Part shown: positions 1 through 9,107 of the stretch, in pieces | Numbering within the stretch: position 1 is the stretch's first letter | How the letters are laid out: every line of letters begins with the position of its first letter | Source: an uncultured Erysipelotrichaceae bacterium | GTDB taxonomy: Bacteria; Bacillota_I; Bacilli_A; RF39; UBA660 | NCBI GenBank assembly: GCA_902795725.1 | Contig: CADBLY010000021.1 | Coordinates: forward strand, 1-35,868 | Reading direction: 5' to 3' | DNA length: 35,868 nt | Program-made: the position numbers and the translations under genes | Notes under the pieces: generated by a model | What the model saw: the letters and a program-made list of their open reading frames with translations, nothing else | What the model was told of the DNA's origin: nothing | Databases searched by the model: none

Positions 1-62
1 ACTAAATCTTTGATAACATCATATTTATTTTTTTCATTCATTCTTAATTCAACCTTTCTCAT
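1..62 (-). CDS. 5' end (about 20 codons) of a gene running off the left edge; N-terminus faintly resembles HTH-type (ISNCY-like) transposases
   Basis: The reverse strand reads GAGGTGA, 5 nt, ATG, then MRKVELRMNEKNKYDVIKDLV with no stop before the edge. The function guess rests only on remembered similarity of N-termini. Confidence 0.3.
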   Translation of the reverse strand, partial: MRKVELRMNEKNKYDVIKDL

Positions 63-204
63 AAGTCACCTCAAGTGACATATTATATAATACATTAGGA
101 CATTTTCAAACGATAACACTTAAGACATTATCATAAATTAATCATATTAGTTTTTAAAAATATAAAATTTATTAAAATAACTTGTTTTAAATTAGCTCAA
201 TGTG

Positions 205-213
205 TGATATAAT
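205..213 (+). promoter_or_regulatory. Extended -10 promoter (TGaTATAAT) upstream of tRNA-Leu
   Basis: TG at 205-206 and TATAAT at 208-213, about 13 nt before the tRNA 5' end. No good -35 at 17 nt spacing. Confidence 0.45.
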
Positions 214-225
214 TAACTTGTATTT

Positions 226-314
226 GCCTGTATGGCGAAATTGGTAGACGCGATAGACTCAAAATCTATTTTTCAGTGATGAAAGTTTCGGTTCAAGTCC
301 GAATACAGGCACCA
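226..314 (+). tRNA. tRNA-Leu (anticodon CAA), class II with long variable arm, CCA encoded
   Basis: Acceptor stem GCCTGTA/TACAGGC and 3-bp D stem GCG/CGC. Anticodon stem ATAGA/TCTAT with loop CTCAAAA. Long variable arm. T arm TTCGG-TTCAAGT-CCGAA, then discriminator A and CCA. Confidence 0.9.
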
Positions 315-328
315 ATAATTGATAGCTT

Positions 329-366
329 AAAAGATAGTTATGATAGAATAACTATCTTTTTATATT
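329..366. terminator. Hairpin terminator between tRNA-Leu (+) and scpB (-), possibly bidirectional
   Basis: Stem AAAAGATAGTTA / TAACTATCTTTT with an 8-nt loop, followed by a T-rich run on the + strand. The A-run on the left gives a T-run for the - strand. Confidence 0.6.
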
Positions 367-378
367 TAATAATATATA

Positions 379-942
379 TTATCCTTGATTACTAGTATCT
401 TCCTTATATTTTGTATCAAAAATAATTTCATTATCTTGGATTTGTACAGCCTTAAGTTCCGGTAAATCCTTTGTAGAACCAAGCCCAAAATAATCTAAAA
501 ATCGAGCTGTCACACCATATAACATAGGTCTACCTGGACTTTCAGATCTACCCTTATCTTCAATCAAACCATTAAGTAGTAACTTACGTATTACGTAACT
601 GCTATTTACGCCTCTAATTTCATCAACTTTGCTTCTTGATATTGGCTCATTATAAGCTATTATCGACAATACTTCTAAAGCAGAATTACTTAATGTTTTA
701 TCATTATCATTGTGAACTAATTTTTCATAATATTTTTTATGTTCTTTTTTTGTAGTTAATTTAAAATGATTTCCTAAATATTCTAAAGAAATACCTCTAT
801 CTTTACTCTGATATTCATCATATAAATCCTTAATTAAACTTTTAACCTGTTCTTTATCAGTTTCCAAAACATTACTAATTTCATCAAGCGTTAGCCCATC
901 ATCACCACTAATAAATAATAATCCTTCCAGTATTGCCTTCAT
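379..942 (-). CDS. scpB: Segregation and condensation protein B (ScpB)
   Basis: Typical ScpB N-terminus MKAILEGLLFISGDDGLTLDEI, winged-helix pattern, and ~187 aa size. Lies directly downstream of scpA. Confidence 0.9.
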   Translation of the reverse strand: MKAILEGLLFISGDDGLTLDEISNVLETDKEQVKSLIKDLYDEYQSKDRGISLEYLGNHFKLTTKKEHKKYYEKLVHNDNDKTLSNSALEVLSIIAYNEPISRSKVDEIRGVNSSYVIRKLLLNGLIEDKGRSESPGRPMLYGVTARFLDYFGLGSTKDLPELKAVQIQDNEIIFDTKYKEDTSNQG

Positions 943-944
943 AA

Positions 945-1676
945 CTACTCCTTACCACTAATCATAATTTGATTAAAATTACTATCTTGAATAATATCTA
1001 TTTCTTGTCTTTTAGCCATAGCAAGTATTGCTAAAAAAGTAACTACTACATACTCTTTGCTTTTTATATCAAATAAGTCATTAAAAGATATTATCTTATT
1101 ATCTTTTAATCTATCTTTTATTTCTCTGCACCTTTTACCTACAGAATACTCTTTTTTTTCTATCTTTGTATTTAAAGGTTTATCAAGTTCTAATTTATCT
1201 AAAAAGTTTTGAAAAGCATTTATTAGATCATCTAAATCCACACCATAATCAATATCTTCATCTACACAATATCCAAGAATTTCATCACTTTCTCTTGTGT
1301 AAACACTCTTTCTAATACCTTCTAACTCTTGAAAAGTACCTGTAACGTTTTTATACTTCTCATACTCAAGTAATCTATTAATTAACTGTTCCCTTGGATC
1401 TTCTTCAAAATTATCATCATCTAAAGTATTCTTACTAGGAAGTAAACTATTAGACTTCATTTCAATTAGCTCTGAAGCCATAACTAGATACTCTGATGCA
1501 ATATCTAAATTTAATCTTTCCATCATGTTTAAATAATTTAAATATTGCTTTGTAATCCTATCGATACTAATATCAAAAATATCAATATCATCCTGTTTTA
1601 TTAAATGAAGTAGTAAATCCAAAGGGCCTTCAAATTCAGGTATATTAACTTCTAAATTCATTCTATCACTTTCCAT
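945..1676 (-). CDS. scpA: Segregation and condensation protein A (ScpA kleisin)
   Basis: Conserved N-terminal motif FEGPLDLLLHLIKQDDIDIFDISI..ITKQYL. About 243 aa, in the scpA-scpB operon arrangement. Confidence 0.9.
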   Translation of the reverse strand: MESDRMNLEVNIPEFEGPLDLLLHLIKQDDIDIFDISIDRITKQYLNYLNMMERLNLDIASEYLVMASELIEMKSNSLLPSKNTLDDDNFEEDPREQLINRLLEYEKYKNVTGTFQELEGIRKSVYTRESDEILGYCVDEDIDYGVDLDDLINAFQNFLDKLELDKPLNTKIEKKEYSVGKRCREIKDRLKDNKIISFNDLFDIKSKEYVVVTFLAILAMAKRQEIDIIQDSNFNQIMISGKE

Positions 1677-1719
1677 TACATAAATTATAGAATATTTTTA
1701 ATTTTTTTTCAATAAAAGC

Positions 1720-1748
1720 TTTATAAAAAAAGCAATTTATGGTACAAT
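1720..1748 (+). promoter_or_regulatory. Putative sigmaA promoter for the first gene of the Tad/T4SS block
   Basis: TTTATA (1720-1725), 17 nt spacer, TACAAT (1743-1748), preceded by an extended-10 TG (1740-1741). An AAAGGGA RBS lies before the ATG at 1795. Confidence 0.4.
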
Positions 1749-1794
1749 TAAACAAAATGTAGGAATATAAAAAATAGCGAAAGGGAATAACTAT

Positions 1795-4587
1795 ATGAAA
1801 AAGTACTTATCATTTGCTTTGTTGATTGTTTTATCACTACTTTTATTATTTTATCAATGTGAAAAAGTCAAAGCAAATAAAACTAAGTTTAAAGATTTTA
1901 AAACCGATATAAAAAAAGCCAATGATATAAGTATATCGGACAATCAATTATTTAGTAATAGAACAAGTCAACAATTGTTTTTCACACTGCAAACAGTAGA
2001 ATATGATGGATCAACAGTAGCGGCTTTTTGTAGCCATTGGTTGTCTGTGACACCTATAAAAGACAGTAAGCTATGCTTGTATACTTGGAATTCTGAAAAT
2101 ATAAGTGCTGGAGTAGGAGCAATTATAAATGAATTTCGTAAATGTAAGGGAAATTCTTCTGTAAATTCTAATTTATATAAACAATGCTATTTTCTAGCAT
2201 CAGTTGGTATTCATAGTTTTTTAGAAAAACATGGAAATGATAAAACACCATCAAATGCTACAGGACTACTTATTGAATCAGGTGATATTAAAGGTCATGG
2301 CTATAAACACTTCTATAATGTAGGAGAAGCTGCATATCAAAGTCACTCAAAAAGTTTTAATTTAAGTGTTGAAAGGACACAATATAAAAAAACAGATGAT
2401 AATGGCTCTACTAAATACTCTACTAAATTAACTACTGATGCAAATGATTTAGTAAGCGTTCAATATAAGATTTCTAAGACAAAAAATGTAAGAAATGCCG
2501 AATGTAATGGCGATATTTGTTATGGAACACTAATTGATCCAACACAAGATGGAGAAATTAAAGTTAAAGTAGAAGCAAAAAGAAAAAGATACTATTATGC
2601 AGCTAAATATTATGTTACTCAAAACCAAAGTTGTAGTGATATTGTTATATCAGGTGTTCAACCATTAATTCCAAATAAAATAACATCTGACCAGGAAACT
2701 AAAACAAAGAATATAACGCTTACCCTACCAGCTACTAAAGTTAGTAGTACACTTACAGTTAAAGTTAAAGGAACTAAATGCTGTTTAAGCGAAGGAGCTG
2801 AAAAATTATCTAAAGCTGAAGTGACCATATCTAAAGATAATAAGAAAAAGACAACAAACAGTGATGGGCATGCAACTTTTACTGATTTATATTTTGGTGA
2901 TAATTATACAATAACTGTTACTAAAAAAGATTATAAAACAAAACAAAAGAATATAACGATTAATAAAAGGAGTCAAACAGTAACTATAATTCTCAATAAA
3001 ACCGAACAAGCTTGTGCTTTAGATACACAAACTTGTTCAGATAAGAAAACATGTAATAGTGCCTTAAAAGAATATGAAAATAATTATCAATCACTATATG
3101 ATAAAATATCATCAGGCGAAATAGAGAATGATTGTACAGATAATGATTGTAGTGCTTTATTAGATGAAAATAAAAATGCTATAAACTATGGTAGCTGTGA
3201 AAAAGCAAATTATCTAGATTCTTGTGAAACAGAATTAGAAAACATTCAAAAGAACAATACAAATACTAATGATTTAGAATATCAATATAATTTACAACAG
3301 CTATATAAAAAATATAATAAATCAGAATTGTTAAATTATTCTAATCCATCTTGTAGTACTTTTAAAAAAGAAGTTGATGCAAGTTGCCAATATACGGAAA
3401 TAATAAGTCCATATAAAGAAGCACATAATATAACTTATCAAGGTGATTCTAATATAAAACCTATATGCAAGTATATATATCGATTAAAAACTCCAAATCT
3501 AGAAAAAGAAAATACCTTAAAAAATGGAATGTTATTATGGTCTAATCAAAATAGTAATGATGTTGGAAATCTAACTGTTGTTGAAGATTGTACTTATATT
3601 TCCAAAAATACAGATTCTATTCAAACATCCAATTTTGTATTAAATGAAGGATACAATTTAAATTGGATTCCATCAATAAATTTAAATTATATATATGAAA
3701 ATGGAAAACAATTGGATAAATCAAAAGATATAACTGTTTCATTAAATGGTATATTAAAGTCTGGGCAACCTTCGATAATATATGGTACAAACACTAAAGA
3801 CAATGGGACATATACTAAACACCATATAATTGCAGCCACTGAATTAGAATACAAATACCCTAAAGAAATATATGCATATATTAACTCTGGAACTATAACC
3901 TATAAAAAAGATTGTAAAAACTGTATTAAATTAGGCTATGGTATTCCAATACCACTGAACATCCAATCAGGAAACTATCAAAAAAGTGGTTTTAATATCG
4001 ATATTGGAGATAAAGAATCAGTTAGTCAAACTTGTGACTATAATATAATAAACGAAGGCTACAATACTCGGATTATTGATCCACAACACCCTTTTGGAAA
4101 AAGGGAACATACAGGAAATAATTGGTGCTATTTTTGGGATGATAATACAAATAATTCAACTAATGATAATACTTTTGAAACTGTAGAAAATAGTGAAGAT
4201 GTTGTAAGTGATAATGCTTTAGAATCATCAACAGATATTATAACAGAACATATAAATAAGGATTTAAGTATTGATAATAGATGTACTACTAAAAGTGAAA
4301 TAAATAAAAACATCAAAAACAATATTGTTGATAAACCTAATTCTTCAACAACTAATAACAATGATATAATGTATAGTTTTACTCTCACACCAACTATTAT
4401 AAAAGAAATAAGATCTTATAATACAACAAAAACATATGAAGATTATTCTAGTATAAATTGTAATAAAGAAGGACAAAACTGTATAAGCTCTTTTATCACT
4501 CAACAATTTAGTAAGTTAAAAAGCAGTGGTTATTGTAAAAATAATCGTGATATTTTATGCAATTACAATAATAGAAATAAAAACTAG
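1795..4587 (+). CDS. Large secreted Cys-rich protein with a CarboxypepD_reg/Cna-B-like beta-sandwich segment; candidate adhesin or pilus-associated protein
   Basis: Signal peptide MKKYLSFALLIVLSLLLLFYQC. The segment AEVTISKDNKKKTTNSDGHATFTDLYFGDNYTITVTKKDYK matches the DG..F..L..G.Y.(I/V) pattern of the beta-sandwich. Many Cys residues, no LPXTG motif and no C-terminal TM. Confidence 0.4.
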   Translation: MKKYLSFALLIVLSLLLLFYQCEKVKANKTKFKDFKTDIKKANDISISDNQLFSNRTSQQLFFTLQTVEYDGSTVAAFCSHWLSVTPIKDSKLCLYTWNSENISAGVGAIINEFRKCKGNSSVNSNLYKQCYFLASVGIHSFLEKHGNDKTPSNATGLLIESGDIKGHGYKHFYNVGEAAYQSHSKSFNLSVERTQYKKTDDNGSTKYSTKLTTDANDLVSVQYKISKTKNVRNAECNGDICYGTLIDPTQDGEIKVKVEAKRKRYYYAAKYYVTQNQSCSDIVISGVQPLIPNKITSDQETKTKNITLTLPATKVSSTLTVKVKGTKCCLSEGAEKLSKAEVTISKDNKKKTTNSDGHATFTDLYFGDNYTITVTKKDYKTKQKNITINKRSQTVTIILNKTEQACALDTQTCSDKKTCNSALKEYENNYQSLYDKISSGEIENDCTDNDCSALLDENKNAINYGSCEKANYLDSCETELENIQKNNTNTNDLEYQYNLQQLYKKYNKSELLNYSNPSCSTFKKEVDASCQYTEIISPYKEAHNITYQGDSNIKPICKYIYRLKTPNLEKENTLKNGMLLWSNQNSNDVGNLTVVEDCTYISKNTDSIQTSNFVLNEGYNLNWIPSINLNYIYENGKQLDKSKDITVSLNGILKSGQPSIIYGTNTKDNGTYTKHHIIAATELEYKYPKEIYAYINSGTITYKKDCKNCIKLGYGIPIPLNIQSGNYQKSGFNIDIGDKESVSQTCDYNIINEGYNTRIIDPQHPFGKREHTGNNWCYFWDDNTNNSTNDNTFETVENSEDVVSDNALESSTDIITEHINKDLSIDNRCTTKSEINKNIKNNIVDKPNSSTTNNNDIMYSFTLTPTIIKEIRSYNTTKTYEDYSSINCNKEGQNCISSFITQQFSKLKSSGYCKNNRDILCNYNNRNKN

Positions 4588-4599
4588 GAGGTAGATAAC

Positions 4600-4992
4600 T
4601 TGAAAGAATCAATCTGGGGATATATGGTTATTTTAATGGGAGTACTTGCCATTATAGTTATTTACTTCTTTCAAAATGTAACAAATACAGAAGAAAATAA
4701 CTATACTTTGATAAAAGAAGCAACAGAAGCAGCAATGTATGATTCAATAGATATGGCAACTTATCGTAAATCAGGAGAAATAAGAATAGTTCAAGAAAAA
4801 TTTGTTGAAAACTTCTTAAGAAGATTTGCTGATAATGCATCTCTTGCTCATACTTATAAAATCGACATAGTAGATGTTAATGAAACTCCACCGAAAGTTA
4901 GTTTAAAAATATCAACATCAGATGATACAGTAGAAGGAGTAACCTTTACCATTGCCGATAAAATAGATGCTATTATAGAAAGTAAAAATTGA
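4600..4992 (+). CDS. Small pseudopilin-like membrane protein (short polar leader ending in Gly, then a hydrophobic helix)
   Basis: TTG start 8 nt after AGGAGG. N-terminus MKESIWG-YMVILMGVLAIIVIYFF followed by a ~100 aa soluble domain. Sits at the head of the Tad gene set. Confidence 0.35.
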   Translation: MKESIWGYMVILMGVLAIIVIYFFQNVTNTEENNYTLIKEATEAAMYDSIDMATYRKSGEIRIVQEKFVENFLRRFADNASLAHTYKIDIVDVNETPPKVSLKISTSDDTVEGVTFTIADKIDAIIESKN

Positions 4993-5005
4993 AAGGAGAA
5001 TAAAA

Positions 5006-5809
5006 ATGAATAATATTTTGGTTAGTTTAAGAAAAATAATAAGAAATAAAAATACCGTAACAATAATCGGTATAATATTGATACTAGTACTATTGTACTT
5101 TGGTTATACTAAAACTGTAAATAGTACAATAAATCCAATAAGTGTACCTGTTGCCAAACAGTCAATTGGTGAAAGACATGAAATTGGTGCTGATGACATT
5201 ACTTATAAAAGTGTTGCTGCAATAACAGTAGGAGATAACGTTATAAGAAATTCATCTGAATTAATTGGTAAATATACCAATTTAAATGTAACTATACCAG
5301 AAGGTAGTATGTTCTACACAGATTGGATAGTTGAAAAAGATAAAATCCCAGGAAATTGGATTGAAGAGATAGATACAAAAAATGGTTATGAAGCCTATTA
5401 TTTAAGTACTGATGTTACCAAAACATTAGGAAATAGTATTATCCCGGGATCAACAATTGATTTATATATGATGACAACAATAAATGGTCAATTAGTATAT
5501 GGCCGATTATTAGAAAATATTGAGGTGTTGGTTGTACATGATGGAAGTGGTAATGATGTGTTTGCTAATGCATCAAATCCAAGTTCTCCAAGTAAAATAG
5601 GTTTTGCAGTAAGTCATGAATACTATGTCTTACTAACAAAAGCCGAAAACTTAAGTGGAATTACTTTAGTAATTGCGCCACAAGGTTCCAACGTTGAACT
5701 ATCTGGTCAAGTAAATGTTAGTAGTGCCACTTTAAGAGACTATATCGATGCTAATACTGTAAACCTAACTGATGAAGTATCTGCATCTACTACAGAAGAG
5801 AATCAATAA
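5006..5809 (+). CDS. cpaB: CpaB/RcpC-like Flp pilus assembly protein (N-terminal TM plus SAF-like domain)
   Basis: N-terminal TM TVTIIGIILILVLLYFGY. Then VPVAKQSIGERHEIGADDITYKSV....SELIGKYTNLNVTIPEGSMF, which follows the SAF/CpaB pattern. Lies immediately upstream of the TadA-like ATPase. Confidence 0.55.
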   Translation: MNNILVSLRKIIRNKNTVTIIGIILILVLLYFGYTKTVNSTINPISVPVAKQSIGERHEIGADDITYKSVAAITVGDNVIRNSSELIGKYTNLNVTIPEGSMFYTDWIVEKDKIPGNWIEEIDTKNGYEAYYLSTDVTKTLGNSIIPGSTIDLYMMTTINGQLVYGRLLENIEVLVVHDGSGNDVFANASNPSSPSKIGFAVSHEYYVLLTKAENLSGITLVIAPQGSNVELSGQVNVSSATLRDYIDANTVNLTDEVSASTTEENQ

Positions 5810-5810
5810 T

Positions 5811-6902
5811 ATGGATAATATTTTTGATGAATTGGACTTTGGTCCATTAAAGCAGTATTTAGACAACGATGATGTAACCGATATCTCATATGACAATGGG
5901 GGTCAACTTTGGTTAAAAACTTTATCTCATGGAATATTTAGAGTAAATAATCCACGAGTAAACAATGCATTAATAGAAAAATTAGCTTTTCAGTGTTCTA
6001 ATATTGTTGGAAAGAGTTTCAATGCCGCACATCCTTTTCTAGATAGTGAAAGTTCTGAACTACGTATGAACTTTGTTCATGATTCAATTGCCCGTAATGG
6101 TATAGCATGCGTAATTAGAAAAACACCAGCAAAGATTAGATTAAAAAAAGATAAAATTATCGCTGAAAAATATATTACTGAAGATATCCATGATTTTTTA
6201 ATTAAATGTGTACATGGACATTGTAATATTATGGTTAGTGGTGAAACCGGGTCAGGAAAAACAGAATTTATCAAATATCTTGCCTCAAACACAAATGCTG
6301 ATGAAAAAATAATCACTATTGAAGATACCTTAGAACTACACCTAGATAAAATCTTTCCAGAACGTGATATAGTAACAATGAAAACAAATAATATTGCATC
6401 ATACTCTGATGTCTTAGTAACTTGTATGAGACAGAATCCTAAATGGATATTACTATCTGAAGTACGTTCAGCAGAAGCCGTTCTAGCAGTTAGAAATTCT
6501 ATTTCATCAGGCCACTATATATTATCAACAATTCATGCTGACAAAGCATCATCCATTCCTAATCGTATGTATAGTTTATTAGAAACTAACCAAGATATTG
6601 AACAATTTCTAACAAGTATTTATAGATACATTCAATTAGGTGTACATATTAGAGGATACCAAGATAAACAAACAAAAAGGTTTATAAGAGAAATAGCTGA
6701 AGTAACAGAATTTTATGTTACTGAAGATAATGAACCAAAAAACAATACAATTTACAAAAAAACACCAGATGGTAAAGTAACCAAGAATCCGCCTTCCAAG
6801 TATTTATATGAATATCTAGAAGGCCAAGGCATTATCTTAAATAGTGAACCAAGAATAAAGACAAATCAAACTAATCCTACACAAGGAATAGTATTTGAAT
6901 AG
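5811..6902 (+). CDS. tadA: TadA/CpaF-family secretion ATPase (a VirB11-like alternative cannot be excluded)
   Basis: Walker A VSGETGSGKTEF, ITIEDTLEL, Walker B-like ILLSEVRSAEA, and His box STIHAD. I prefer the ATG at 5811 (just after the upstream stop) over the track start at 5772, which overlaps the previous gene by 38 nt. Followed by two TadB/C-like genes. Confidence 0.75.
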   Translation: MDNIFDELDFGPLKQYLDNDDVTDISYDNGGQLWLKTLSHGIFRVNNPRVNNALIEKLAFQCSNIVGKSFNAAHPFLDSESSELRMNFVHDSIARNGIACVIRKTPAKIRLKKDKIIAEKYITEDIHDFLIKCVHGHCNIMVSGETGSGKTEFIKYLASNTNADEKIITIEDTLELHLDKIFPERDIVTMKTNNIASYSDVLVTCMRQNPKWILLSEVRSAEAVLAVRNSISSGHYILSTIHADKASSIPNRMYSLLETNQDIEQFLTSIYRYIQLGVHIRGYQDKQTKRFIREIAEVTEFYVTEDNEPKNNTIYKKTPDGKVTKNPPSKYLYEYLEGQGIILNSEPRIKTNQTNPTQGIVFE

Positions 6903-6913
6903 GGGCTGGTAAA

Positions 6914-7816
6914 ATGATACAACTATTATTTGTACTAATCGCTTTAATTTTAATCTTCATACTCGTATATCGTAATGCCGGGGATAAAAATATTTATCAA
7001 TATTTAAAAAATAACTATGAAGTAGTGTTTGATAAAATTGCCCCATATTCCTATAAACAAATAAGAAATAAAGTTAAATCATTAGGACAAGATTACTCAA
7101 CCAAAAAGTATATTGTACAAATTATTCTTTTTGGTGGAGTAGCATCAATCGGTGGATACCTTTACTTTCGAAGTATAATCGTTGCCATCCTATATGGAGT
7201 AATTGCCATTGCTTTTATACCATATTTATCTTATTTAAGATATAAAAGAATATACAGTGAATTTATTTTTGAACAAATTCAAACATATACAACAAATGTC
7301 ATAATGGAATTTGGTACAACTCAATCATTCGTAAAATCTCTAGAAGGAGTTATAGAATCAGGTGTCTTAGAAGACCCTGTAAAAAGAGATGTTGAAGAAA
7401 TGATTAGACTTTCATACGAAAATGGGACCATAGATGCTTCCTTAGAATACTTTGAAGAAAAATATGATTTTTACATTGTTAAGAATATGCATCAATTATT
7501 CTTACAAATAACTAATGAAGGAGCTAGAGATGCATCTGAATCATTAGAAAACATGTCACTAGATATAGATATGCTAGTAGAAAGTGTATATAGGGATAGG
7601 GAAGATAGAGCAGTCTTTCAAAAAAAATTCATTCGATTTGGTCTTATGTTATATGGAATGATTATGTTGGTTCAATTAATACTAGGTCAAGATACATATA
7701 AACAGTTTTTAAACCTTTGGTATGGCAAAGCTTTAATTCACTTTGTAGTCATATTAAATAGTTACTTCTTAATAAAAGGAGAAAAATATTATAATGAGAA
7801 TGTAGGTGCAGAATAA
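6914..7816 (+). CDS. tadB: TadB-like (T2SS F-family) pilus platform membrane protein
   Basis: 300 aa with an N-terminal TM, a central TM pair, a cytoplasmic helical domain and C-terminal TMs. Position directly after the ATPase matches tadA-tadB-tadC order. Confidence 0.55.
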   Translation: MIQLLFVLIALILIFILVYRNAGDKNIYQYLKNNYEVVFDKIAPYSYKQIRNKVKSLGQDYSTKKYIVQIILFGGVASIGGYLYFRSIIVAILYGVIAIAFIPYLSYLRYKRIYSEFIFEQIQTYTTNVIMEFGTTQSFVKSLEGVIESGVLEDPVKRDVEEMIRLSYENGTIDASLEYFEEKYDFYIVKNMHQLFLQITNEGARDASESLENMSLDIDMLVESVYRDREDRAVFQKKFIRFGLMLYGMIMLVQLILGQDTYKQFLNLWYGKALIHFVVILNSYFLIKGEKYYNENVGAE

Positions 7817-8619
7817 TGGTTAACTATATATTTATAGCTGTAGGCATAATAATTATATTTATCTTTATATACAATAAAGTATTTGATACCAAAAGATTTA
7901 TAAATGATTTATCACCATTCTTCTCAAAACTAGTAGAAGAAGATTACTATTTTCTATTAAAAATAAGATATGGTGAATCTGATTATGATATTAATCAACT
8001 ATTTCAATTACGAGTAAGAAATGCTATTGTAACTTTATTAATAGGCTTATTCTCCTTGTTAATACTAGGACAATTAAAAATAATATATATATTAGTTCTA
8101 ATAGCATTAGCCTTTGTAATGTATAAAATGCCATACTTTAATCTAAAAAAATACTATAAAGCAAGATTACATACAATAGATTTATTATTACCATACTATT
8201 TAAAATCACTAGAAATTTTAGTAGAACACTATACCGTACCAATTGCTCTAAGTAAAAGTATTAATACCGCACCAGATGTATTTAAAGAAGGATTAAGAAA
8301 TCTTGTCGATAAAATCGACGCAGGAGATTCAACAATTCAACCGTATATTGACTTCGCCAATGAATACCCTGTAAGAGATTCAATGCGTATGATGCGTTTA
8401 TTATACCGTTTAAGTCTTGGAAAACAAGATGAAAAACATGAACAAATCATGCAGTTTTCTAAAACTGTCTCATCTTTGCAAAATAAAGCTAGAGATATAA
8501 AATATGCTGAACGTCTAGAACATATTGAAAGACAAACCATGGTAATGCTATTTGGAACCGGTGGAGTAGTCATGGCAATACTATTCATTTCCATGACTAT
8601 ATTGATGAGTAGTTATTGA
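7816..8619 (+). CDS. tadC: TadC-like (T2SS F-family) pilus platform membrane protein
   Basis: 267 aa with similar topology to the preceding gene. A TAATG stop/start overlap at 7814-7818 suggests translational coupling. Confidence 0.55.
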   Translation: MVNYIFIAVGIIIIFIFIYNKVFDTKRFINDLSPFFSKLVEEDYYFLLKIRYGESDYDINQLFQLRVRNAIVTLLIGLFSLLILGQLKIIYILVLIALAFVMYKMPYFNLKKYYKARLHTIDLLLPYYLKSLEILVEHYTVPIALSKSINTAPDVFKEGLRNLVDKIDAGDSTIQPYIDFANEYPVRDSMRMMRLLYRLSLGKQDEKHEQIMQFSKTVSSLQNKARDIKYAERLEHIERQTMVMLFGTGGVVMAILFISMTILMSSY

Positions 8620-8644
8620 CATAATAAAAAAATAATACTATAAT
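8616..8644 (+). promoter_or_regulatory. Consensus sigmaA promoter driving the two Flp-like pilin genes
   Basis: TTGACA (8616-8621, overlapping the tadC-like TGA stop), exactly 17 nt spacer, TATAAT (8639-8644). AAAGGAGGA RBS before the ATG at 8674. Confidence 0.7.
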
Positions 8645-8673
8645 AAATCATGAAAATAAAAGGAGGAATATAA

Positions 8674-8859
8674 ATGAAAGAAGCAGCAGGAGAAGCAAAC
8701 ATGACAGTAATAACTATAGTATTAATAGCTATAGTATTAGGAGTAGGGACAATTATAGTAACAACAATGATGAGAAATGCAGAAACAAAAACAGATAATG
8801 CCGATCAATCTCAAAATTGCAAATATAATACAGAGACAAACAGGTATGAATGTAATTAA
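8674..8859 (+). CDS. flp: Flp-like small pilin 1 (61 aa prepilin)
   Basis: MKEAAG-EANMTVITIVLIAIVLGVGTIIV has a short polar leader ending in Gly, then a ~20 aa hydrophobic helix. Short polar C-terminus with 2 Cys (NCKYNTETNRYECN). Flp-like size and position, but the G-xxxxEY motif is not conserved. Confidence 0.55.
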   Translation: MKEAAGEANMTVITIVLIAIVLGVGTIIVTTMMRNAETKTDNADQSQNCKYNTETNRYECN

Positions 8860-8876
8860 TAAGGAGATGAAAAAGA

Positions 8877-9107
8877 ATGAAAGAAGCAGCAGGAGAAGCA
8901 AACATGACAGTAATAACGATTGTGTTAATTGCAATAGTATTAGGGGCTGGGACCATCATTGTTAACAATTTAATGACAAACGCAGCAAAGAAGAATGTGT
9001 GTGTAGCACAAGGTGGAACTAAAATTGCTGGAACTGATTGTAAAGATGATAATGATAATAAGATATGTTCATTGACTTCGGATACAAACGGTTGGCATTG
9101 CAACTAG
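8877..9107 (+). CDS. flp: Flp-like small pilin 2 (76 aa prepilin), tandem paralog
   Basis: The first 23 aa are identical to pilin 1, and the first 41 nt are identical at DNA level, followed by synonymous changes. Divergent C-terminus with 4 Cys, also ending in CN. Confidence 0.55.
   Translation: MKEAAGEANMTVITIVLIAIVLGAGTIIVNNLMTNAAKKNVCVAQGGTKIAGTDCKDDNDNKICSLTSDTNGWHCN

Noticed and set aside
1990-2220. Possible thioester (Cys-Gln) adhesin domain in the 930-aa protein (AAFCSHW...)
   Set aside because: Only a vague resemblance to the (A/Y)FC(L/I) Cys motif. I could not find the partner TQxA(I/V)W Gln motif, so this is not supported.
4128-4388. Antisense or overlapping ORFs inside the large + strand genes: 4128-4388, 4658-4840, 6077-6316, 8337-8594, 13633-13950, 15281-15499, 22399-22806, 23529-23732, 25161-25550 and 25178-25372
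   Set aside because: Each lies entirely within or against a longer ORF with recognisable motifs. Translations are low-complexity Leu/Phe/Ser/Ile-rich, as expected for the antisense of AT-rich coding DNA. None has a convincing RBS.
8737-9103. ORFs 8737-8934(-), 8753-9103(-) and 8777-8965(+) overlapping the Flp-like genes
   Set aside because: They overlap two short genes that have strong RBSs, a consensus promoter and a terminator. The + strand one spans the intergenic RBS of pilin 2. They are most simply frame artefacts.
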